Source: Azospirillum sp. (GTDB lineage Bacteria; Pseudomonadota; Alphaproteobacteria; Azospirillales; Azospirillaceae). Taken from it: a stretch of DNA of 64,000 nt. The notes beneath the pieces are model-generated. The model had not been told where the DNA came from. It made no database searches and saw only the letters and a list, made by a program, of their open reading frames with translations. Location of the stretch: contig DASPIO010000028.1 in assembly GCA_035629155.1 (NCBI GenBank), positions 23,762-87,761 on the forward strand, in the 5' to 3' direction. Positions 35,578 to 42,818 of the stretch are shown here, in pieces. A program made the position numbers and the translations under genes. Each line of letters opens with the position of its first letter. Position 1 is the stretch's first letter.

Positions 35578-36543
35578 TTACAGGTTCTTGGCGTATTCGG
35601 CCGGATCGTGTCCGAGGGCCGCGCAGATGGCCTTCTGTTCGGCGGTAAGGCGCCCATCGGCGCCCGAGTTCGGATCGGGCGGCCGGCCCCCCGGCACCAC
35701 CTCACGGGCGAGGTTGCCGAACACGGGCGGAGCGCTGGCGGCGAACTGGTCGAAGCTGGCCGGGTTGGATCGGCAGAGGACGAGCCCCCACTCCCGCTGG
35801 GCCGGTGTCATCTTGCCGGCGCGGATCGCGGCGTCGACCTTGGCCGTCGCCTGCTCCTCCGAAAGGTTGGTGCGCATGCTGGCGAGCTGCGTCGCGGCTT
35901 CATCATAGAGATGGCGCGGCACGTAGAGGGACGGGTCGGGCACGGCGGCGGCCGTCGCCTTCTCGCTGGCGTCCTTGACCAGCTTCGTGACGGCCTCGAT
36001 CACGGCCGCTTCGTCGCTGGTGTCGGGCAGGTTCAACAGCGCGCACAAGCGCTTGATGGTTTCGGGCGACATGGGCGCTCCCATACTGGCAAGGGCCTTG
36101 AGTTCGAAGGCCGGGTTGTTGACCAGGGCGGCCCGAAGAATGCAGGTGACCGCGCCTTCCTTGGTGTGCCGGAAGACGGGGGACACGTAGCGGTACTCCC
36201 TGGCCGCGATCTTGGCAGCGGCGCGCTGCGTCCACTCCACGCGGCCCCAGATGCCATCAGGGCGGGCCTCAAAGGCCGCGATCCAGCCTGCGGCGGGCGC
36301 CTGTCCACCGTGCGGGGCGGCGAGGTCAACGGCGTGGTCGTAGTCGATCACCGGCTTGACCGGACCGGCCATCGTCAGGGACGCGGCGATCACCTGTTGC
36401 GCGGCGGCCATGCCGGGAAGGGACCAGGGGCCGCGACCGTCGCGGCCCTTGATGGTGCCGTAGGGCAGAAGCTGCACCCAATCCGGCGGTGCGGCGGGGA
36501 GTTCGGAAGAGAAGGAGGCGAGAGCGATCAGGGGATCAGTCAT
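35578..36543 (-). CDS. Satellite prohead protease/scaffold gpI; internal scaffold start at 36072
   Basis: DWVQLLPYG, PVIDYDHA, GIWGRVEWT, EYRYVSPVF, ALVNNPA. GGGAG precedes the internal ATG (MSPETIKRLCALLNL). Confidence 0.93.
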   Translation of the reverse strand: MTDPLIALASFSSELPAAPPDWVQLLPYGTIKGRDGRGPWSLPGMAAAQQVIAASLTMAGPVKPVIDYDHAVDLAAPHGGQAPAAGWIAAFEARPDGIWGRVEWTQRAAAKIAAREYRYVSPVFRHTKEGAVTCILRAALVNNPAFELKALASMGAPMSPETIKRLCALLNLPDTSDEAAVIEAVTKLVKDASEKATAAAVPDPSLYVPRHLYDEAATQLASMRTNLSEEQATAKVDAAIRAGKMTPAQREWGLVLCRSNPASFDQFAASAPPVFGNLAREVVPGGRPPDPNSGADGRLTAEQKAICAALGHDPAEYAKNL

Positions 36544-36910
36544 TGCTAATATCCCCATAGATCTCGCGGCGCACTTTCCTTACGTGGCGTTCAGTACATC
36601 CCACGGCCTGTGCGACGACACGCGTTTTCGCGCCTTCCATCGCCAATATCAGTTCCTTCTTGGAACCAGCCGGCGGCGGCAACACCGGGATGTCAATCTG
36701 TTCTCCAGGATACATATTTCCTATTATTTTGGCGTGCTCCAGTCCGACAATCTTTGCGATCTTGGATCGTTCCGAAGGGCTCGCGGCAAATTTCCTCTTA
36801 GTGCCGCCCCAAGAAAGGCCAAGTTTTATTGCCGTTTCGTATGATGTCGCCCGCGCAATACCCGCCAAGAAGGGAGGAAGCCTCTTGATCCTGTCATCAG
36901 TGATCGCCAT
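36536..36910 (-). CDS. Satellite Mor/C-family activator (paralogue of 15702-16076)
   Basis: WGGTKRK, YPGEQIDIP and GCTERHVRKV shared with the helper activator. Start placed at ATG 36910 by alignment; the track's GTG at 36952 overlaps the predicted -10 box. Confidence 0.88.
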   Translation of the reverse strand: MAITDDRIKRLPPFLAGIARATSYETAIKLGLSWGGTKRKFAASPSERSKIAKIVGLEHAKIIGNMYPGEQIDIPVLPPPAGSKKELILAMEGAKTRVVAQAVGCTERHVRKVRREIYGDISND

Positions 36911-36948
36911 AGCCTTGACGTAGCCCCCCGGCATCGGAATTGGTTCCG

Positions 36949-36995
36949 ACACTAGGGGGACGGAGAAGCGTCTATCGACGCGGAACTAGTTCCCC
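36949..36995 (-). promoter_or_regulatory. Satellite late promoter: dyad GCGGAAC-TA-GTTCCCC (36980-36995) plus -10 TAGTGT (36949-36954)
   Basis: Same dyad and 25-nt spacing as the helper late promoters. Confidence 0.7.
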
Positions 36996-37067
36996 TTTGT
37001 CGGGGGAGCTGAGAGATATCCAGCTTTGATGAAGAGGAGCGGCCGATACGCCCGGCCGATTGCCGCC

Positions 37068-37092
37068 CGTTTGAACGGGGCTTTGAACGCCT
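37068..37092. repeat. Tandem TTTGAACG repeat shared with helper 7369-7393
   Basis: CGTTTGAACGGGGCTTTGAACGCCT vs CGTTTGAACGGGGTTTTGAACGCCT, 24/25 identical. Confidence 0.85.
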
Positions 37093-37251
37093 CTGGGGCG
37101 TAGGGCGCACCCACGCTACCGGAAAACGCCAGAACGCACCAGCGGGCTTCCTGTGGGCTTCCAGGGCGGGGCACCCGGCAGCCACCTCCAATGCGAAACG
37201 CCCCGCCGGTAGACCCGGCGGGGCGTTGGTGTCGGCAGCGCGGCGAGGCGT

Positions 37252-37584
37252 CTACGCCTCGCGGGCGTGCCCGCCAGCGCCAACCGCGCGCTCCATGATC
37301 GTATCGACCTTCTCCGTGACTAGCTCCAGCATGGCGATCCACTGGCCCCGCTCGGTGGTGCCCATGATCATCGCTTCAATGGCGCGCAGTCCGGCCTTCA
37401 CCTGCATCAGGTCGTCGCCCAGGCTGTGTTCTGCCTCGCCAGCGACGTAGCCGGCCATGCCCCTCCTACGCGCCTTCCCCATGATGGACGTGAGTTCTTC
37501 GATCACCGCTTCTCTGACCGCGCTCCCCCGCTCCGCGCTGTTCTTGAGGAAGATCACGTTGTTTCCGGTGTTGTCGTGGGCCAT
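37252..37584 (-). CDS. Satellite early hypothetical protein (110 aa)
   Basis: AGGAGG upstream of ATG; helical ORF downstream of the Bro-like gene. Confidence 0.6.
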   Translation of the reverse strand: MAHDNTGNNVIFLKNSAERGSAVREAVIEELTSIMGKARRRGMAGYVAGEAEHSLGDDLMQVKAGLRAIEAMIMGTTERGQWIAMLELVTEKVDTIMERAVGAGGHAREA

Positions 37585-37691
37585 ATTCGAAGAGCCTCCT
37601 ATGGGTTCGCCCGGTGGCACGGTGGCGGGGCACGGTTTTCCAGGCCAAGCGCCCCGCCACCACCCGTCGCGGGCGGTGGGGTGGTAGGGAA

Positions 37692-38216
37692 TCACGATCC
37701 GGCGATGTCGAGGATGCGACGCGCCTTCTCGATGGTGACCGTCAGTTCCATGCGCACGAGGTTGGTTGTGGGGATGCCAGCCCCCGCCTCGCCCATGTCC
37801 AGGCCCGGCGGGATCGGCGGGGCCTCACCCTCCGGCCCGAAGGTCGTGTAGAGCCACCGCAGCACCCCAACGGCGTGGGCGGAGCGACTACGGGCCACCA
37901 TCACCTTCGCGGCAGGGATGGAAAGAAGGCGGGTTGCGGCGCCTCTCCCGTCGTCGATCTGGCGCAGTAGGACGGCGCCCGGCTCTCGCAGTTCCGGGAA
38001 GGTTGACGCGGCATGGTCCACCGACTGCCTTGCCCAACTGGCGCCGGCCGCCCGCATCAGGTCGTTGCCGAGGACGTAGGTTGTGCCGTCCACCGAGAAG
38101 ACGCGGACGGGGGCCGCACCACAGTAGAGGGTGCAGACAGGCGGCAGGCGGGCGTTGTCGGCTGGCACCTCGGGCCGTCCTTCGGCGGGGGCCGCTGGTG
38201 TGCGGGGATCGTCCAT
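37692..38216 (-). CDS. Bro-N / antirepressor-like protein
   Basis: VRVFSVDGTTYVLGNDLMRAAG...LLSIPAAKVMVARSRS.HAVGVLRWL pattern. Confidence 0.7.
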   Translation of the reverse strand: MDDPRTPAAPAEGRPEVPADNARLPPVCTLYCGAAPVRVFSVDGTTYVLGNDLMRAAGASWARQSVDHAASTFPELREPGAVLLRQIDDGRGAATRLLSIPAAKVMVARSRSAHAVGVLRWLYTTFGPEGEAPPIPPGLDMGEAGAGIPTTNLVRMELTVTIEKARRILDIAGS

Positions 38217-38244
38217 CTACTGCTCCAAACTGCGGTTGCGTTGG

Positions 38245-38315
38245 CCCCATGCATGGGGTAATTTGCCCCAGATTGGGCGCCGTTGCAATGGCAAAATGCG
38301 CCAACGTTGGGGTAA
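38245..38315. promoter_or_regulatory. Three operator-like dyads between divergent regulators
   Basis: CCCCATGCATGGGG (38245-38258, perfect), CCCCAGATTGGGCG (38266-38279), CGCCAACGTTGGGG (38299-38312). Confidence 0.65.
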
Positions 38316-38323
38316 ATCGCACC

Positions 38324-38560
38324 ATGATTACGGGTGACCAAATCCGGGCCGGCCGGGAACTGCTCAACTGGTCTGCCCGCGTCTTGTCTGAGCGGGCAGG
38401 CGTGGGGCCGAACACGGTGCAGCGCATGGAAAGCGCCGGAGCGGCGGTGCCATCAGGTCTTGCCGCCAACCTGGACAAGGTGCAGAAGGCATTAGAGGCG
38501 GGTGGGATTGAGTTCCGGGACGGCGGGTGGGTGCGTAGGTCACCGCAGAACGGCGCGTAA
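38324..38560 (+). CDS. XRE-family HTH regulator (satellite repressor candidate)
   Basis: MITGDQIRAGRELLNWSARVLSERAGVGPNTVQRME...LEAGGIEF, a common alphaproteobacterial XRE pattern. Confidence 0.88.
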   Translation: MITGDQIRAGRELLNWSARVLSERAGVGPNTVQRMESAGAAVPSGLAANLDKVQKALEAGGIEFRDGGWVRRSPQNGA

Positions 38561-38645
38561 GACGTGCTACCGATCACCAATGCGAGGGTGTCAACGCCAA
38601 AGTGATGCACCTTAACCACCGGCATCACTGTGGTAAGGTGCGCAC

Positions 38646-38843
38646 ATGGCTGTGAACCCGGATACCACCGTACGCAAGGTCGTCTCGCTTCCCAAAGAGT
38701 TGTGGGAAGAGGTGAGCGACTATCGCTTTGATAACAGATTGGGCACGGAAGCGGACGCGCTTCGGCGTCTGATCCAACTTGGATTGGATGCCGCCAAGGC
38801 CAGTCCCCGCGATCCTGGCCGCGCACCGTCGCGGAAGCGCTAG
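38646..38843 (+). CDS. Ribbon-helix-helix (CopG/Arc-like) protein
   Basis: RKVVSLPKELWEEVSDYRF...TEADALRRLIQLGL. Confidence 0.8.
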   Translation: MAVNPDTTVRKVVSLPKELWEEVSDYRFDNRLGTEADALRRLIQLGLDAAKASPRDPGRAPSRKR

Positions 38844-39291
38844 TCGCTCCCCAAAGCAAGCGAGGCGGGACCGCGCCAGCGGCCCCGCCTCGTAGTGTCT
38901 GGCACCCATGCGGAGGGTTGGGAGACTGGCGTCAACGGACGCCACGCCCCACCACGTTGCCACACCAGCGCCCGCCCGATGCCTCGGAACGAGTTCCGCT
39001 TGGTGGGAGCCGGCGGCAGGCTCCATCTACAACCGGCGCGCGATCCCGAGACGGCGGGCCGGAACCGGAACCCCTTCCCACTTCCGGACGGATCTTTCAT
39101 CGCGCGATGGTTGTGACGGAAACGCAAGCCACTGCAATAACAAGCTTTTTTGAACTGTAGCCTTCCCAGTTTGACTGGAAACGCTAGCTTCCACTTCCGT
39201 CCCACTTCCGTAGCCGAACCGGGACCCGGCCTACGCGCCACATCCCTTGCAAATCTTGGCTTTAGCTGCGTTTTAGTGCCGCCTCCGTTCA

Positions 39292-39462
39292 GTCAATCCA
39301 TACGTCTCCCGGACACTTTCGCGCGTTGCGCCGCATGGTTTGGCGGAAAATTCCGGTTGTGCCCCTAACCCTATGATCCAATGCGCCGTTCATCCCATCT
39401 GATCCCCGAAAATCCCACGGTATCCCGGCCCCCTATCCTGTCAAACCATTGGTCTCTCCACA
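39292..39462 (-). repeat. Satellite left-type end: three transposase-type sites (39292, 39335, 39440) and terminal CA
   Basis: GTCAATCCAT / ATGGTTTGGC / GTCAAACCAT in the same orientations as the helper, spacings 43 and 105 bp vs 43 and 107 bp. Last 62 bp are 58/62 identical to 30156-30217. Confidence 0.92.
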
Positions 39463-39612
39463 GACGCGCTCCGGCCAAGGCGCCCAGCCGCGGTGCGACC
39501 AGAAACGCAGCAGGTCGCCCGGGCCCTTGTCGGTCGACTGGAAATGCGGCGGGTTGAAGAACCGCCGTCCGTCGCAATGGTCGGAAACCGGGAAGCGCGC
39601 GATGCGGGCCAT
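39463..39612 (-). pseudogene. N-terminal fragment of the interrupted MBL-fold hydrolase
   Basis: MARIARFPVSDHCDGRRFFNP...DLLRFW...WPERV, the usual N-terminus of this family; joins in frame to 30950. Confidence 0.92.
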
Positions 39613-39648
39613 AGCGTTCCTACCGAGGCGTTCCTGCCGAAAAACGGA

Positions 39649-39681
39649 AAAAGCCCCTCGCCACGGGGGAGAGGGGCTTTT
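39649..39681 (-). terminator. Intrinsic terminator after clpP
   Basis: AAAAGCCCCTC...GAGGGGCTTTT inverted repeat with A/T tracts on both sides. Confidence 0.7.
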
Positions 39682-39705
39682 CACCGTGTCCCGTGCCGGG
39701 CCGGA

Positions 39706-40329
39706 TCAGGCGAGCTGGTCCATGCCCTCGATGATGTGGGTGACGATGCCGTATTCCTTGGCCTCGTCCGCCATCATCCAGTAGTTCCGGTCGGTGTCCT
39801 TCGACACCCGTTCCACCGACTGGCCGGTCTCGCGGGCGATGATCTTGTTCAGGCGCTCGCGCATCCGGATGATCTCCTTCGCCTCGATGGCGATGTCGGT
39901 CGCCCGGCCACCGGTGCCGCCCAGCGGCTGGTGGATCAGGAAGCGGGTGTTCGGCAGGCAGAAGCGGTTTTCCTTCTTCGCCGCCAGGAAGATGTGGCAG
40001 CCCGCCGAGGCCACCCAGCCGGTGCCCAGCATCTTCACGGGCGCCTTCACGAAGCGGATCATGTCGTGGATCGTGTCGCCGGCCTCCACATGGCCGCCCG
40101 GCGAGTTGACCACCACGGTGATCGGGTCGTCGCTCTCGTGCGCGAGCGCCAGCAACTGGGCGGTGACGACCTGCGCCAGCTTCATGTCGATCTGGCCGAA
40201 GATCAGGACCGTGCGCGCCTTGAACAGGGCCTGCTGGACCGCGGCGAAGGGAGGCTGACCGTTTTCCTTCTTCTCGTCCGGCTCTTTGGGTTCTTCGTCG
40301 TCGAACCGGGTGTATCCGGCGTGCGCCAT
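39706..40329 (-). CDS. clpP: ATP-dependent Clp protease proteolytic subunit
   Basis: INSPGG-like VNSPGG, GWVASAG (catalytic Ser), RFLIHQP (His), DTDRNYWM. Confidence 0.95.
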   Translation of the reverse strand: MAHAGYTRFDDEEPKEPDEKKENGQPPFAAVQQALFKARTVLIFGQIDMKLAQVVTAQLLALAHESDDPITVVVNSPGGHVEAGDTIHDMIRFVKAPVKMLGTGWVASAGCHIFLAAKKENRFCLPNTRFLIHQPLGGTGGRATDIAIEAKEIIRMRERLNKIIARETGQSVERVSKDTDRNYWMMADEAKEYGIVTHIIEGMDQLA

Positions 40330-40536
40330 CGGTGTGGGTCTCCCTGGTAACGGCATCGTGCGGCGAAGCACACGTCGTACCTCCACATAGCCCGTAACCG
40401 GCCGAGGTTCAACGCCCCGCGCGTTCAGAATCGCGTCCAATCCGACATAGGCCGGCGCGCCGCGATGCCGCCGCGTTGACAAAGCGCACCGCCCCGGCGG
40501 CTAATGCCAACGCCATGGGCAGAGAGAGGCCGTCGC

Positions 40537-41373
40537 ATGCAGGGGGTTTCGGTCATCATTCCCGCCTACCGGGCGCAGCCCACCATCGGCCGCGCCGTGC
40601 ACAGCCTGCTGGCGCAGACGCACGCCGCGTGGGAAGCGGTGATCGTCAGCGACGACGGCGCCGACTACGCCGCCGTGCTGGCAGCGGAGGGCATCCGCGA
40701 CCCGCGCCTGCGCTTCGTCTCCACCGGCCGCGTCGGCGGCGGCGCGCCCGCCGCGCGCAACGCCGGCCTGCGGGCCTCCACCCTGCCCCTGATCGCCCCC
40801 CTCGACGCCGACGACCGGTACGAGCCGGACCGCCTCGCCACCCTGGCCCCGCTCGCCAGCGCGCACGGGGCGGCGGCCGACAACGTGGCGGTGGTGCGCG
40901 ACGAGGACGGCGCCCCCCTCTCCACCCTCTTCGCGCCCGAATCCGCCCCCGCCGCGCTGGACGCCGACGGCTTCCTCGCCACCTCCGTGCCGATGTTCTT
41001 CGTGGTCCGCCGCGATCTCACGCCCGGCTGGGCGGAGGACGTGACCTTCTGCGACGATGTGGTCTTCAACGTGCAGGTGCTCGACCGCGTGCCACGCCTG
41101 CCGCTGGCTGCCCGGCCGCTCTACGAATACCGCCAGCGCGAGGGCTCCATCACCTTCGCCGCCGACGCCGGCGAACGGGCGGAGCGCTGCTATCGCCACG
41201 TTCTGGCCCGGCTGGAGGGCGACGGGCTGGGCATCGCCGACCGGGCGCTGCGCGCCCGCTTCGCCGCCGCGATCTCCACCAAGCGGGCGCTGAACGCCGC
41301 CTACGAGGACGCCTTCCGCGCCGGCCGCGTCGCCAATTTCCAGGAGTTCATCGCGACGGAAGGTGCGCCGTAG
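40537..41373 (+). CDS. Glycosyltransferase family 2
   Basis: VSVIIPAY, ARNAGL, PLDADD motifs. Confidence 0.9.
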   Translation: MQGVSVIIPAYRAQPTIGRAVHSLLAQTHAAWEAVIVSDDGADYAAVLAAEGIRDPRLRFVSTGRVGGGAPAARNAGLRASTLPLIAPLDADDRYEPDRLATLAPLASAHGAAADNVAVVRDEDGAPLSTLFAPESAPAALDADGFLATSVPMFFVVRRDLTPGWAEDVTFCDDVVFNVQVLDRVPRLPLAARPLYEYRQREGSITFAADAGERAERCYRHVLARLEGDGLGIADRALRARFAAAISTKRALNAAYEDAFRAGRVANFQEFIATEGAP

Positions 41374-41405
41374 GTTGGGTTGAGGCCAAAGCCGAAAACC
41401 CAACG
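41370..41405 (+). repeat. REP-like extragenic palindrome (single unit)
   Basis: GTAGGTTGGGTTGAGGCCAAAGCCGAAAACCCAACG, nearly identical to the units at 47124-47210; lies between convergent genes. Confidence 0.8.
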
Positions 41406-41416
41406 TCACGCACGCC

Positions 41417-42205
41417 TCACCCGTATTCCCGCGGCGCATAGCCCGCGCCCACATAGCTCAGGTGCGACGCCAGCGTCCCGCCCGGCTGCCACGCGTGCAG
41501 GGCCACCGCCGGCGGCTCTGGCGTCCAGCGGAACGGCGCGTCGGGGGCCAGGGTCAGCGCGAACTGGTGCGCCGTCGACGGGGCCGAGGAGGCCACCGTG
41601 CCGGCCCAGCGCGTGGTGATCGGCCGGTGCACGTGCCCGCACACCACGGCCAGCACGTTGCCGTGCCCCGCCAGCAGTTCCGCCAGCCCATCCGCCCCGC
41701 GGCAGCCGATGCGGTCCAGCCCGGCCATGCCGCTGGTGAAGGGGTGGTGGTGCATGGCGATCAGCGTCGGCCGCTCCGGCGCCTCGGCCAGCCGTGCCGC
41801 CAGCCAGTCCAGACGCTCGGCGCACAGCTCGCCGTGCACCGCGCCCGGCACCTGCGTGTCCAGCAGGATCACGCGCACGGCCCCCTCCTCCACCGTGTGG
41901 TGCAGGAACTCGCCCGCGCGCGGCAGCGCGGGGAACAGGGCGCGCAGCGACTCGCGGTCGTCGTGGTTGCCGGGGATGACGCGCAGCGGCATCTCCAGCG
42001 GCGCCAGCAGTTCCATCAGCATCTCGTACTCGCCCGGCTTCGGCCCGTTGACGAGGTCACCGGTGGCGAGCACGAGGTCCGGCCGCGGGTCGAGCGCGTT
42101 CAGGTGCGCCACCGCGGCGGTGAGGTGTGCGTTGGTGTCCACCGTGCCGAAGACGCGCGTGCCGCGGGCGGTGACGTGCAGGTCGGTGATCTGGGCGATC
42201 AGCAT
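41417..42205 (-). CDS. Calcineurin-like metallophosphoesterase (CpdA/Icc-type cAMP phosphodiesterase)
   Basis: QITDLH, TGDL, PGNHD, MHHHP, CGHVH motifs. Confidence 0.9.
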   Translation of the reverse strand: MLIAQITDLHVTARGTRVFGTVDTNAHLTAAVAHLNALDPRPDLVLATGDLVNGPKPGEYEMLMELLAPLEMPLRVIPGNHDDRESLRALFPALPRAGEFLHHTVEEGAVRVILLDTQVPGAVHGELCAERLDWLAARLAEAPERPTLIAMHHHPFTSGMAGLDRIGCRGADGLAELLAGHGNVLAVVCGHVHRPITTRWAGTVASSAPSTAHQFALTLAPDAPFRWTPEPPAVALHAWQPGGTLASHLSYVGAGYAPREYG

Positions 42206-42325
42206 ATGAAGGACACCGTCGAAAGGGTTCCGCACCCAGCATCCGGCGAAAGCGGCCGCCCCGGCAAGCCTTCGTTTACCAATATGACGCTAGGGTGACG
42301 CATCGATTGCGAACGCGTTGCAGCG

Positions 42326-42694
42326 ATGACCGACGCCCGCCCCTTCTCCGCTGAAAAATACTGGCTCAAGCGCGCCCGCGTGCCCCTGCACGCTGTGGAC
42401 GCCGACGGCTTGGCCGCCGATGCCGACGGCACGGCGCTGGCCGACGTGCGAATCGAGGACGGCCGCATCCGCGCCGTGCTGCCGGCCGGCGAGGCGCCGT
42501 GCTGCGCCCGCGGCGTCGACCTTGCCGGCGGCGCCGTGCGCCCGTTGGCGGCGAACCGGCTGGCTCCCGGCGAGCCCGCCGACCTCGTGGTCGACTGCGG
42601 GCCGGGCGGGCGCGTCGTGCTGCGCGGCGGCGCCCCGGACGACCGCGGGTGCAGCCTGGGCATTGCCTGCGTCTGCACGCCGCCCGGCGGCTGA
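42326..42694 (+). CDS. Amidohydrolase (cytosine-deaminase-like) beta-sandwich fragment without catalytic barrel
   Basis: N-terminal ADVRIEDGRIRAV...DLAGGAV joined directly to C-terminal LAPGEPADLVV...VVLRGG; no HxH motif. Confidence 0.6.
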   Translation: MTDARPFSAEKYWLKRARVPLHAVDADGLAADADGTALADVRIEDGRIRAVLPAGEAPCCARGVDLAGGAVRPLAANRLAPGEPADLVVDCGPGGRVVLRGGAPDDRGCSLGIACVCTPPGG

Positions 42695-42818
42695 CGGCGC
42701 CATCGGCGGCAATGTTTCTTCGCACCTGCCGCAATATACGTACGCAAGCGTCTCGACAAGCTCACTGGACTGAACGATATAGTTCAGCCTCCGTGCTTCC
42801 GCCCAGAGACGCCGAACC

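Larger units (their letters stand above)
30956..39462 (-). mobile_element. Non-autonomous Mu-end element, candidate transposable phage satellite (8,507 bp)
   Basis: Begins TGTAGCGCGCCGAATGGTTTGA and ends TCAAACCATTGGTCTCTCCACA. GACGC is duplicated at 30951-30955 and 39463-39467. Removing it rejoins the host gene in frame (PWPERV|EDPPQP). No transposase or integrase inside. Confidence 0.95.

Noticed and set aside
34402-36549. Long plus-strand ORF (715 aa) in the satellite
   Set aside because: Antisense to I and T; no RBS or recognisable motifs.
30956-39462. Reading the 8.5-kb element as just a decayed second Mu prophage
   Set aside because: Not excluded, but disfavoured. Both ends and the duplication are intact, ORFs are unbroken with tight junctions that skip whole helper modules, the late promoter sits in front of Mor, the early regulators differ from c/ner, and cis-sites are far more conserved than the proteins.
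30956-39462. Classical PICI / cf-PICI / P4 assignment
   Set aside because: No integrase, primase/replicase, terminase or portal, and no att direct repeats; the boundaries are transposition-type TG...CA with a 5-bp duplication.
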